A stretch of 64,000 nt of DNA, taken from NCBI RefSeq assembly GCF_006345805.1, contig NC_042998.1, positions 151,342,001 to 151,406,000 of the forward strand, given 5' to 3'. The notes under the pieces were generated by a model that saw only the letters and a list, made by a program, of their open reading frames with translations, made no database searches and was not told the origin of the DNA. Positions 42,019 to 54,184 of this stretch are shown one piece after another. Source of the DNA: Octopus sinensis. Its lineage: Eukaryota. The translations under genes were made by a program, and so were the position numbers. Position 1 is the stretch's first letter; every line of letters begins with the position of its first letter.

Positions 42019-42495
42019 TTGCTGGCACTGATTTTGAAATTTTAAAATTAAATGGCATTTTTCAAATTTGGTATATTAATTTAATCTTTCATGGCGAATC
42101 CGATTTTGTGATTCAACTATTCAAGAAAAACTTTAGAAAATTTTTTCTTAATTTTTTACCCATTCAAAAAGCAGGATTTGGAAGCTAGCATTTTCTGATA
42201 GCTGTCTATCACAAAAGAAAAGCAAAAAGATTACGACGACAAAAGTTGAAACAAGTTTTAATGAAGAAAGTCATGTGAAACGGTCGAACAGGTATATAAA
42301 TTTTAAAATGAAAAACCCTCAATGAATTATTTTTTGCCAAAAATTACAAAAACGAAAAAGATTGTACGTTAGCTTTAGGTTTATGGTTAGGGTTAAAAAA
42401 ATGTCACTTTCTTAATTAGCACATAAAACTAAACCAGCACACCAAATTTGAAAACTAGAAAACAAAAAAAAACTGTGACTGCGTCAGAAAGATCC

Positions 42496-42527
<32 letters not shown>

Positions 42528-42932
42528 GGTGGTGGTGGTGGTGGTGGTGGTGGTGGTGGTGGTAGTGGTGTTGTTGTTGTTGGTGGTGGTGGTGGTAGTA
42601 GTTGTAGTAGTAAATATAATAATACCACCAACATATCCCGATAGAAAAACAAAACCAGAACTGCAGCAACAACAACATAAACAAAAGCAAAAGCAATGGG
42701 AAGATGTGTAGTATTCGAAACAACAACAACAATAGCAACATCAAGAGAAAGAAAACGAATAGCTGTAACAGCAAAAACATCGACAACAATAACAGAAACA
42801 ATATCACCACCAACGACAACAACGACAGTAAATGGATCTTCGTCACTTATAATGATGAGTGTCGTAGGTGTTTGATCAACTGGACTAGTCACCAATGTTT
42901 GTGGTCAGTTTTAAAAGGAATAATGATTTCAA

Positions 42933-43118
42933 ATTTTGGCACAAGGCCAGAGAGTTAGGTGGAGGGGTAAGTCGATTGCATCGACATTTGTGCTCCGCTG
43001 GTACTCTTGTTATCGAACCCGAAAGAATGACAGGCAAAATCGACCTGGGCGGAATTTGAACTCAGAACATAAAGACGGATGAAATGTCGCTAAGCATTTT
43101 GCTCGGCTTGTTAACGTT
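42933..43118 (-). mobile_element. SINE family B
   Basis: Similarity to 38675-38845. Confidence 0.85.
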
Positions 43119-43132
43119 TGTTCCACCTTGCC

Positions 43133-43173
<41 letters not shown>

Positions 43174-43228
43174 ATATATATATGTATATATATATATATG
43201 TGTGTGTGTGTATACATACATATATATA

Positions 43229-43313
43229 CAGGGTGAATCAAAAGTCACCATACATAGGAAAAGTTAATTTTTCTTATAAGAAACAGTTAAAAAAAAACTT
43301 TCTTATAAAAAAA
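43229..43313 (+). mobile_element. Small Tc1-type MITE, left half (right half at 45726-45762)
   Basis: TA-CAGGGTGAATCAAAAGTCACCATACAT is inverted to ATGTATGGCGACTTTTGAATCACCCTG-TA; uninterrupted copy at about 48695-48808. Confidence 0.85.
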
Positions 43314-43702
43314 CTAGCAGTATCGCCCGGCGTTGCTCGGGTTTGTAAGGGAAATAATTATATAAGCATTTTTAGAGATGTAAAGTATAATAGCCATTCA
43401 ATATGGCTAACCACAAAGGGGGAGGGGTGTTACTGAGCTTTTTACGTTCTGAGATTAAGAATAAATTTTAGAGAGTTACTTCCCTTATATATGTCAAAAA
43501 TGGATTAAAATGGGAAAAAAAATTGATGGTAAATTTTTTAAAAATCGTAGACTCATCGTAGACGCGCGCTAATACCAGACGGTCTCGATATGAATCACGA
43601 CTATAAGATACCGGTTTGGTTAAACTGCACCGCAAAATGTGGAGTAGTTAGGAATCTAAATCGTAGGAGACAGACACACAACCTCACTTTTATATATAAA
43701 GA
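43314..43702 (-). mobile_element. Non-autonomous Helitron, 389 bp, complete
   Basis: Minus strand A|TCTTTATATATAAAAG...CCCGAGCAACGCCGGG (hairpin)-CGATACTG-CTAG|T. Confidence 0.9.
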
Positions 43703-43775
43703 TTTCCTCTATTTACATAATATTGAGGTCTCTTTCTTTCTTTTGTTATCTTACTGTTTTTACCAATATACATAT

Positions 43776-44173
43776 ACTCTCTTTTACTCTTTACTCTTTA
43801 CTTGTTTCAGTCATCTGACAGCGGCCAGCTGGAGCACCACCTTTTTTTAGTACTTATTCTATCGGTCTCTTTTTGCCGAACCGAAAGTTACGGGGACGTA
43901 AACACACCAGCATCGGTTGTCAAGCAATGCTAGGGGGACAAACACAGACACACAACACACACAACATATAACATATATATACATATATACGACAGGCTTC
44001 TTTCAGTTTCCGTCTACCAAATCCACTCACAAGGCATTGGTCGGCCGGGGCTATAGCAGAAGACACTTGCCCAAGATGCCACGCAGTTGACTGAACCCGC
44101 AACCGTGTGGTTGGTTAGCAAGCTACTTACCACACAGCCACTCCTGCGCCTATACACAGCCACTCCTGCGCCT
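43776..44173 (-). mobile_element. SINE family A with duplicated head
   Basis: ACACAGCCACTCCTGCGCCTATA repeated twice at about 44130-44176. Confidence 0.9.
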
Positions 44174-44182
44174 ATATATATC

Positions 44183-44227
<45 letters not shown>

Positions 44228-44229
44228 TA

Positions 44230-44549
44230 GTTACAGAGATGTACTTGCAAAGCAAGTGACTTGATCTGAGATCGTGTGCTGGAACGAAAACAGTTGCAGC
44301 GTTGAAGGTGTTTATAAGCCATTAAGAAACACACAAAAACCGTTAGATTCACTTCAACATTTAAATTTAATTTGTCAAAATATTTTCGTCGCTTTGAGAC
44401 CGCGACCTGTTAGCACGATATTTTTGTCAGTGAACAGGTCGCGGTCTCAAAGCGAGGAAAATATTTTGGCAAATTAAATTTAAATGTTGAAGTGAATGTG
44501 ACGGTTTTGTGTGTTTCTTAAATGGCTTACAAACACTTTCCCGCTGCAA
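44230..44549. repeat. Inverted pair of one repeat family (arms 44294-44411 and 44433-44549)
   Basis: Visible inverted repeat of about 118 bp; the family also occurs at 23445-23505. Confidence 0.9.
44423..44473 (+). ncRNA. Hammerhead-like fold with G3/C8 core
   Basis: tttgtca GTGAACA g gtcgc-ggtctcaaa-gcga(g) GAAA atat TT tggcaaa; the mirror copy has perfect gcgac and tgacaaa. Confidence 0.4.
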
Positions 44550-44624
44550 TATATATATACACATATATATAATATATGTATGTATGTATGTGTGTATATG
44601 TGTATGCATGTATGTGTGTGTGTG

Positions 44625-44838
44625 TGCGTGTCTGTGCTTGTGATTGTCCTCCACCACTGCTTGACAACGAATGTTGGTTTGTTTACATCCCTGTCACCTA
44701 GTGGTTTGACAAAGGAAACATAGAATAAGTACAATGCTTACAAAATAAAACTGGAGTTGATTCATTAAACTACAATTCTTCAAGGCATTGCCCCAGCATG
44801 GCCACAGACCAATGGCTGGAAAAAGCAGAAGAATAAAA
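44625..44838 (+). mobile_element. SINE family A, 3' half, diverged
   Basis: Similarity to 7200-7399. Confidence 0.75.
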
Positions 44839-44904
44839 GAATACATTCTCTGCTTTGGTCTTATGTTCAAGGCATGAGAAAGCTTGAGTTTACATGAGAA
44901 GGCC

Positions 44905-45170
44905 TAACAGACCTGGTAGAAACAGCAGCCAAATCTCCCTCAAATCACACCTTACTGTCTATGTATGTATATATATATGAGCCAATGAGGGGGACCTCTA
45001 CATGGTAGCTAGACCTGGTAGAAATAGCAGCCAAATTTCCCCAAATCACACCTTACTGTCTTATCTATGTATATATGTATGTATGAGCCTATGAGGGAGA
45101 CCCCTACATGGCAGCTAGACATGTAGAAATAGCAGCCAAATCTCCCTCAAATCAAACCTTACTGTCTTAT
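44905..45170 (+). repeat. Three tandem copies of a block of about 60-65 bp, period about 100 bp
   Basis: AGAC(C/A)TG(G)TAGAAA(C/T)AGCAGCCAAAT.TCCC.CAAATCA.ACCTTACTGTC x3. Confidence 0.9.
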
Positions 45171-45803
45171 GTATGTATATATATATTATATACAAGCCAC
45201 TACGGTTATTTAATGTAAAGTCTTCCTCAAATCACTCTCGCTATTTACTCTCTTCCAAGAACATTTTCACTCACTCTTATCTCTTAGCTTGCCATACATT
45301 TTACTCATGTATCTATCAGCGTGATACAGAAACAAATATTACATCGCCATCGCCATCGCCATCGCATTCTATTGTCTACCTGTCAACACACACACAGTGA
45401 ATTACTTTCATTTTATTCGTTGCACACTGTGTGTGTGCGTGTGCGTGTGGTGTAAACCACATTAAGAAAAGCATTTGACATACACACCAGAATGTGAGTT
45501 TTCTGTAAATTTTGCTTAATTGGAGTTTAAATTTTAAAAACTGGACCTGGCATGACCCGATGCATTCTACTCTTTAAAATGCTAGGTAAATTGTAATTGA
45601 AGAAATCCTATATTGTAGATTTCTATAACTGACAAAGGGAGGCAGATAAAATCTGCCTTTTATAATAAGAGATTTCTATAACTGACAAAGGGAGGCAGAT
45701 AAAATCTGCCTTTTATAATAAGAGATAAATTGTTCTAATGTATGGCGACTTTTGAATCACCCTGTACACACACGCACACACACAAACACACACACACACA
45801 CAG

Positions 45804-46157
45804 ATAATTGGCACTAATTAGGATTTAGGCTGTCAGGACACCTACATTACTAAAAATAAGAGCTAAAATGTTCGAATGTTGTAGGAAAAGCACATAATAG
45901 TATGCATATATGCTCATAAGGACTGCAATCGCCCAGAACACCGATCGAGAATTCCCTATACTGAATGTTCTGTTACGGCTATTTCCGTAGCCTCTTCAGT
46001 AATGAGAATTCCCTATACTAGGTCGATGTATTAGGCGATCACAGTCCCTATATATGTATATAATCATGTGCTTTTCTTACAGCATTAGAGCATTTTAGCT
46101 CTTATTTCCAGCAATATAGGTGCCCTGACACTCTTAGTCGCATTTAGTGACAATTAT
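45804..46157. mobile_element. Foldback MITE with imperfect TIRs of about 95 bp
   Basis: 45804-45897 is a diverged inverted copy of 46064-46157; internal direct repeat GAGAATTCCCTATACT x2. Confidence 0.75.
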
Positions 46158-46220
46158 ATTTTTCCTTTATGGTAACACATTACGCATGGCTGTTTATATA
46201 TATATATATATTTATTTATA

Positions 46221-47359
46221 CAGGATTTGGACAAAATAATGGAAACATCAAGCATCATAGCATCATAATTTTGAAATATCTATAGAACCGTCAAAAGCTT
46301 GTTTATTTTTATGTTCTTGATTTTATTATTAGTGTTGCTTAATATGTTTTGCTAAAATTGATGTTTCTTTTCAGATATCATCAGAAAAAAAGGTAATTAA
46401 AATTCATTAAAATGACAGATCTATCGGACTTTCAAAGAGGTCAAACTGTTAGTGCTCATATGACAGGCGCTAGCGTAACGAAAACAGCCGAAATGTTTGA
46501 TGTATGAAGAAGTACTGTCTTGAAAGTAATGACAGCCTTCGAGAAAAAGGGAAAAACCGCCTCATCGAAACAAAACTTCAGAAGAAAACCAAAACTTTCA
46601 GATCGGGACCGTCAAACTCTTACATGAATTGCTAGAAAGGATCACAAAAGTACAGCTCCCAAAATTACTGCAGATCTTAATGACCACCTCAAGAATCCAG
46701 TTTCCATAAAAGCTGTTCCCGGATTACACGAGAGGGCTGCAATCAGAAAACCACTACTTTCAAAGACAAACGTTGCAAAGCGTTTAGAGTGGAAGAATGT
46801 TATTTTCTCGGACGAGTCATTCTTTACCTTATTTCCGACCACCGGCCGAGTATACGTGTGGAGATAGCCAAAAGAAACATTTGACTAAGACTGCCTTCTT
46901 CCCACTGTTAAGGATCTATGATGATCGGGGGTGGGGACTATATCTTGGAGATCCGCCGGCCCAATGGTTTCCCTCCATAACAGAATTAATAGTCAAAACT
47001 ATTTAAGCATTTCATCTGATCAAATTTATCCTATGGTTGCTGAACTGGAGAAGTTGAACATCTTCTCTGGCGACCACAGTTCCCAGATCTCAACATTATT
47101 GAACATTTTCGAAACATTATGGTACATTTTCGAAAAACAAGTAAGGAGTCGATATCTTCCACCATCATCACTACAAGAAGACTGGAGACTGTTTTTGCTG
47201 AAGAATGGACAAAAATTCCTTTGGAAACAATTCAAAGTTTGTACGAGTCCAAACCTCGTAGAGTTCAAGCTGTAATTACTGCCAAAGGTGGTCCTACCCC
47301 ATATTAAAATAAATTTCTTTGAAATTTTAAGGTGTTTTCATTATTTTGTCTAACCCCTG
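46221..47359 (+). mobile_element. Tc1-family transposon, both TIRs, TA TSD, transposase disrupted
   Basis: TIRs CAGGATTTGGACAAAATAATGGAAAC / rc CAGGGGTTAGACAAAATAATGAAAAC; MTDLSDFQRGQ, FSDES, AVITAKGGPTPY*. Confidence 0.95.
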
Positions 47360-47368
47360 TATATATAC

Positions 47369-47434
<66 letters not shown>

Positions 47435-47464
47435 ATCTATCTATCTATCTATCTATCTGTCTGT

Positions 47465-47500
<36 letters not shown>

Positions 47501-47631
47501 ACTATCTATCTATCTATCTATCATCTATCTATCTAATACTATCATCTATCTATCTATTATATATATATTTATATTTATATATATTATATATAATATATAT
47601 ATTAATATATCACTAATATAAATACATATAT

Positions 47632-47679
<48 letters not shown>

Positions 47680-47744
47680 GTATATTTAGGGCTAAAAAAC
47701 CACTATGTGGACAGCCATATATATATATATATATGTATTAATAT

Positions 47745-47809
<65 letters not shown>

Positions 47810-47929
47810 CTATATATATACCAAAGTAGCACATAAATGTGAGAAAAGGCGAGGAAAAATAGTAATTGAGTAACATGTATTATTATTAAAGCTGCAAAAT
47901 CATCACAAAAAACATCATATTCTTAATCT

Positions 47930-47973
47930 AAACTGTCCGACTAATGGGTGCCTGAAACTCTGAGTAGCAGTTT
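47930..47973 (+). ncRNA. Degenerate type I hammerhead fold (core CCGACTA)
   Basis: aaactgt CCGACTA atgggtgcct GAAA ct-ctg-ag TA gcagttt; same family as 40115 and 60576. Confidence 0.5.
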
Positions 47974-48424
47974 TTTGTGATGTTTTCGCAGCTTTAGTCA
48001 TAATAAAGTATATTATATATATATATATATATATAATATACACACACACACATATATATGTATGTTCACATACCCCACCTCTACCCCCACCCGCAGCCTA
48101 ACCCACACCACCACACACTGCTTCCCCCACTCTCACCTCCCCCATCCCAACACCAACACACCATTACACCTTGCACCAACATACCACACAACACATCACA
48201 TCACACCACCACGAACACATCAGCACTGACCACTTACCAGACTCACATTTTCACACCTACACATACACACACGCACACGTCAAAATCACCAGCCCTCTTC
48301 CACACGCACATACAAACTTTCTTATACACACGCTCGCGCACCTTCGTTTTGGGATCACCACTACCTTATTATCCCCCCTTCTCCTAGCTCTCCTGTGTGA
48401 CCCTTCTGTCCGGCATTCGCCATG

Positions 48425-48555
48425 ATAGATCCTTTCTGTGGAAGAGCGTAGGCTCGAAACGTTAAAGACTTTTTCACTTTCCGAGCGTTATACTAATACA
48501 TATGTTTGTTGTCTACACCACCTGTCTTCGTCTTTTGCTTTTAGTGAATTCTCCC

Positions 48556-48560
<5 letters not shown>
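48425..48560 (+). mobile_element. Penelope-like terminal repeat with hammerhead-like fold at 48432-48467
   Basis: cttt CTGTGGA a gagc-gtag-gctc GAAA cg TT aaag; A6 is substituted. Confidence 0.6.
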
Positions 48561-48596
<36 letters not shown>

Positions 48597-48622
48597 CATA
48601 CAGAGATAGATAGATAAACGTA

Positions 48623-48694
<72 letters not shown>

Positions 48695-48700
<6 letters not shown>

Positions 48701-48806
48701 ACCATACATAGGAAAAATTAATTGTTCTTATAAGAAACAGTTAACAAAAATACTTTCTTATAAAAAAATAAATTGTTCTAATGTATGGCGACTTTTGAAT
48801 CACCCT

Positions 48807-48846
<40 letters not shown>

Positions 48847-48935
48847 ACACACACACACACACACCACACACACACACACACACACAGATAATTGGCACTA
48901 ATTAGGATTTAGGCTGTCAGGACACCTACATTACT
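48695..48935 (+). repeat. Local duplicate of the MITE-(CA)n-foldback TIR junction, without the Helitron insertion
   Basis: Matches 43240-43313 joined to 45726-45852. Confidence 0.9.
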
Positions 48936-48936
48936 A

Positions 48937-48975
<39 letters not shown>

Positions 48976-49329
48976 ATTTCATAACAGTTTGACTGAGCTT
49001 TGTGCAACTCTGACTTTTGTAGGCTCAGTTTTAAAATTAATATTGCCACGAAGTTTTAAATCAGTTATATTACAACTACACTGTATCACAACTGTATTAC
49101 AAAAATCTTGCAATATCACTACTTCATTATATCTATATAACAGAACTATATAGCATTTATATTACTGCTATGTTACGACCAAATCCCACCTATTTGTTGC
49201 ATTTGTCATTAATGCCAGATTTGAGAATATGTCCTTTCTTTCGTCTTGGAGACACTGGAAAAAGGCTATAGACTCAGCCCTTCGTTCCCTCAGTCAGGGA
49301 AATAAAGAAATAAACAGCAACTACGACAA

Positions 49330-49632
49330 TGCCACTACTGCCAACAAGAAGAACAATAACACCAACATTAATACCTAACCATCACCACCTACAACAACAG
49401 CAGCAGCAGCAACAGCAACATCAACACTTCAATCACCACCTCTTCTATCACAACAACAGCTATAACATCATCACCGTCATCACTATCACCACCAAAACTA
49501 CCACCACCAAAACCACCACCACCACCACCACTACCACCACCACTACTACTACTGTCAGTTGTCACTTTCACACGTCAGTCGAAACAAACGTCGGAAGTGA
49601 AAGCCATGACCTATTTGTTTAGTTTGACGTAT

Positions 49633-49676
<44 letters not shown>

Positions 49677-50150
49677 TGTTGTGATGGTGGTGGTGGTTGC
49701 CGTTGCCGTCGTCGAGGTAGTGGTAGCAGTGACGATTGCATAGTTTGCTGCAGGGGGTGGTGAGGTGTAAATCTTGTGACAGTGGTAGTGATGGTGATGG
49801 TAATGGTGGTGCTATTGGTGGTGGTTGTAGTTGTGGCTGTTGTGGTAGTGGTGGTGGTATTGATAGTGGTGATGAAATGCCCTCTGTGCTATAGTGACAG
49901 TAATCGGTATAGTGATGGCGTTGATGGTGGTGGTGCCATGCTAATGATGGCGGTGAGGATGATGATGGTGTTGGAGGTGGTGGTAGTGTTGATAGTGGTG
50001 GTAATAATGGTGTTGACAGTAGTTGTGGTGGTGATAGTGATGATAGTTTCTGTATCGGCGATGACAACACTCATAGTTGTCCTGAAGATAGCGCTAGTTG
50101 TTATGTTGTTATTGTTCTTGTTGTTTAACTCTAGGTCAACACTGATCTAG
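49330..50150. repeat. Degenerate trinucleotide low-complexity region (CAA/CAC, then TAG/GTG)
   Basis: Directly visible. Confidence 0.9.
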
Positions 50151-50654
50151 CACTGCAATGCTTAAAATTTCGTCAGTAATGGCTATATGCAATCGACGCT
50201 GTTTGTGTCCCCCGAATGGCGAACAAGCAGATCATTCCATTGGATCAAGGACAAAGAGTCGAGAAACCATATGGCCTTTGATCAAGGGAAATAACTAGGA
50301 TGTAACCGCTGGATCGTAAGAGCGCTACATCAGCATTTTATTTATCTAATTAGATTTAACATCTGATATATGATACCAGCAAATATTACTACCGAAAACT
50401 CAAAGTAGGGATTATATATATATATAGATGAGGGTTCCAGCCGTCTCCTTATAACTGTAGAGTATATTATTAGGAGTAAATTTAATTTGTTATATTTAGA
50501 AAGAGTCCCAGCTGATAAAAACTATAAACACACCCACCAGTTGTTGTTTGTCTATATTTCAATTCTCTTCCTTTTTTATTATTTTTTCAAAACAGTTGAT
50601 GTTTCTTTGTGACACTTAAAATATTTTTCACTACCCTAATCTGCAACTTTTAAA

Positions 50655-52170
50655 ATCGGAAGTGCATGCTTACTAGGACCTCTATTTCTCGAGAAGAAAA
50701 ATCATCACTAAGATTTAAAGCTTCCCAAAATCGCCTGATGCTTCTTTTGAGAGAAAATCCTGCTGGTGATATGAAATTAAAGTCCCTATTTATGTATCAC
50801 ACTAAAAATCCAAGTGGCTTTCGAGGATTACACAAAGTTTAATTCATCCCTGGCGTAATGTTTAAATAAGAAGGTATGGGTGACTAATAGCCGTTTTCAA
50901 TGAGTGGTTTACGAACGTTTTTCTCCTGCTGTAGATACGTACAGTGCCAGCTATAATATTACCAACAAGGCATTGTTTCTTTTAGACAATGCGCCGAGCC
51001 ACATATCGAACTTAGATAACCTTCCTGATATCTGAGAATAGACTATATCCCCCAAAATGCAACGTCTTTGCTCCAGCTAATGGATCAAAATGTAACAGCT
51101 AACTTCAAGGCATAATATATGAGAAAAACTTTCAAACACCTTATGGAAGTAATTGACAGGGAGGATAAACCTACAGTTTGAAATTTCTGGAAGAAATTCG
51201 CATAATGGATGATGTGGGTAATTTAGCCGAGTCATGGGATGATGCGAAACCTTCAACTTTGAATAGTGCTTGGGAAAGTATATGGTCGGACTGTATCCGT
51301 GACATTACAAATTTTCCTCAAGCAGAATGTCTACATCAAATTGGGAATGATGTTGTGACACTTGCAAAGAAAGTAAGAGTGGAAGAAGTATAAGAGGATG
51401 ATGTGATTGAGTTGCTAGTGTTCCAGAGAGAAAGTTTATTCAATGAGGAGCTGATGCTGTTAGAAAAAGAACAAGCTGTAAATACAGATGTGACAACGAA
51501 AGTTCCACCTTCACCGCTTAAATTGACTACAAAATTATTGTTAAATGTTTGGCACTTATAGAGGAAGGTCTCTAGGTTTTCGCTAGTAATAATACTGAAC
51601 GAGAAAATAACATAAAAATTACAGGAGGAGTTTACTATGAGCCCAGTTCCTATACTGAGCTGTACAAAGAGATGGGGCGTTATAAACAACAAACAACTTT
51701 GTCTAAGTTTTTCACCCCTCAAGGTGATGTTGGTAATAATGAACTCTAAGATAGTAAATATTGCCCTTCATCCTCTTAGTAACACTCATTCCACCCTAAC
51801 CCCCCCCCCCACCACCACATATAGTAGTCAACATCTTTTGTGGTTCTTGTTAATTCAGTTCTTATTAATTGATAGTTACGGTTCTTATTAATTTCCTAAC
51901 TTACGATATTGCGGTTCTTATTAATTCTCTGTTGGTTTTGTGTCATTATGTATCTGTATCATACCATGTAAATCTCGAAATTGTTATTTTCATGTATAAG
52001 GGTGATCATGTTGCTTGTTCTCTGTTATTTTTTGTTCTTTCTTTTGCGAATATGTCAGTAGATACTCTATAACATGAAAATCAACAGGCAAATTAATTTC
52101 GCATTAAGGAATTTCGTGTTACGGCCAGATTTTCAGGAACGCGTTATTCCCGTAAAGCGAGGGACTTCTG
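50655..52170 (+). mobile_element. Tigger/pogo transposon remnant, 5'-truncated
   Basis: RTSISREEKS..FKASQNRLMLLL, ALFLLDNAPSH, TSLLQLMDQ.V.ANFK; 3' TIR CGTAAAGCGAGGGACTTCTG-TA. Confidence 0.9.
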
Positions 52171-53272
52171 TACACACACATACACACACACACATGCTTC
52201 TGGTCTTTCTCTCTCTCGTTCTCTCTCCCTCTCTCTATATATTGTTCCGTTCTGATGATGAAGTTGCTATCTGATAGAATCTTATCGAGGTAACTTTTAA
52301 CCCTGGCCCAGTTCAGTTTCAGCTATAGAAGTTAAATACGGATTATGGATTCATCAATAAATTCGAATTTACAAAAGAACACCTGAGCTTATTCCAATGA
52401 ATAATTGTGAATAATTTCATTCTTGAATTTGTAAAGCCCTTTTGTGAATTTTGCAGAATTTTAGAATCAATAATATTAATTTTTCAAATTAACACCATTA
52501 ATGTGTTAAAATAATAGTAATAATGAGTTTTGGGAGACGCTATTAGGTTCATATATTTAACTCGAATAATATTAATGACTAGTAGGACCTGTGAAAATTC
52601 CACAATGAAAGTCAAGCATATATGAAAACATTGTGATTCCTGTATTCAGGTTAAAAGATAAATGTGTAACATCTACGGCTATTTGTTAATCAAGGTTATT
52701 TCACTTTAATTTAACTATTTATCGATATATATTTTAAGCGTAAATTTATAGATTTTCGTGACGGTGTTACGACTTAATTTAGTCTCCTCAGGGAAGAATA
52801 CCCTGGTCATTCTGAGTTGAGTCGAATGCTGTTTCAAGTGTGTACATAAATTTAATTCTAGCCTGCCCAGCTTTTGCACAAATCAATGAATGTTTCGGCT
52901 GCCGATTTCTATCTCGAAGCAAGTCTTTTTCGAAGTGGCTCAGAAAGCAAAGAGTATTCGTCACTGAGGAGACCAAAGCAGGCCGACATATCGGTGTCAG
53001 ACAATCTATTCATGATATTTTGAGTAATGTCTATGTTTCTTTAAACACACAAATCTGTTTGAGAAATATCCTTGAGAAGAAATATTCAAACTAGTACCAT
53101 TTTATTTGTGTGTATACATTGTGAATGCTATACTTCATTGTTACATATTTATGAAGCATGTATGCATGTAAGTATGTATATATATATATAAATGTACAAA
53201 CATACATTATATGTATACTTACATAAGTACACATACACAATCACACACACATTATATATACATATAATTACA

Positions 53273-53309
<37 letters not shown>

Positions 53310-53491
53310 ATATATATATCTATATATATATATACATGTGTATATTTAAAGGGCTAAAACCACTATGTGGTCAGCCATATGCTAGAAGTAGATCACCTAC
53401 GATCAAACTACAAAGAAAAGAATGTTCTCTAGAGAAAAACTCAGCGGACACCAGAACAATACGCGGGCAATACATATGTAAAACAAGAATT

Positions 53492-53572
53492 AATCGCAGA
53501 CCGGCGGTTTCGCCTATTAACGAATAAATCACTTACGTAATCCCTTCGTCCGTAGGGCTTGTCAGTACGATC
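53492..53572 (-). ncRNA. Type I hammerhead fold with long stem II (core CTGACAA, GUC site), copy 1
   Basis: gatcgta CTGACAA gcc...gacgaa...attac-gtaa-gtgat...ttcgtt...ggc GAAA ccgccgg TC tgcgatt. Confidence 0.7.
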
Positions 53573-53743
53573 GTTCCACAAGCAATATAATTTGTAAAAC
53601 TAACCACTAGTTTTCTGTATAAAAACAGACACGTGCTTAGTTCCACCGATTACATTGGGGTTAATTTCAAATGTCTGAGTTTTGGCGCGCTAAATTCCGG
53701 AAACAAAATATTTTGTTACACTATATATATATATGTATATATA

Positions 53744-53793
<50 letters not shown>

Positions 53794-53954
53794 TATACAT
53801 GTGTATATTTAAAGGGCTAAAACCACTATGTGGTCAGCCATATGCTAGAAGTAGATCACCTACGATCAAACTACAAAGAAAAGAATGTTCTCTAGAGAAA
53901 AATTCAGCGGACACCAGAACAATATGCGGGCAATACATATGTAAAACAAGAATT

Positions 53955-54035
53955 AATCGCAGACCGGCGGTTTCGCCTATTAACGAATAAATCACTTACG
54001 TAATCCCTTCGTCCGTAGGGCTTGTCAGTACGATC
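53955..54035 (-). ncRNA. Type I hammerhead fold with long stem II, copy 2
   Basis: Identical to 53492-53572. Confidence 0.7.
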
Positions 54036-54184
54036 GTTCCACAAGCAATATAATTTGTAAAACTAACCACTAGTTTTCTGTATAAAAACAGACACGTGCT
54101 TAGTTCCACCGATTACATTGGGGTTAATTTCAAATGTCTGAGTTTTGGCGCGCTAAATTCCGGAAACAAAATATTTTGTTACAC

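Larger units (their letters stand above)
43314..45725 (-). mobile_element. Composite Helitron-bounded insertion, 2412 bp
   Basis: Second 5' TC terminus at 45725 (A|TCTCTTATTATAAAAGGCAG); removing 43314-45725 restores TTTCTTATAAAAAAA|TAAATTG as at 48764-48776. Confidence 0.85.

Noticed and set aside
42255-42289. ATGAAGA...GAAACGGTC motif
   Set aside because: Core and both stems are defective; not supportable as a feature.
52788-53094. Overlapping 62-aa and 84-aa ORFs
   Set aside because: No recognisable motif on either strand.
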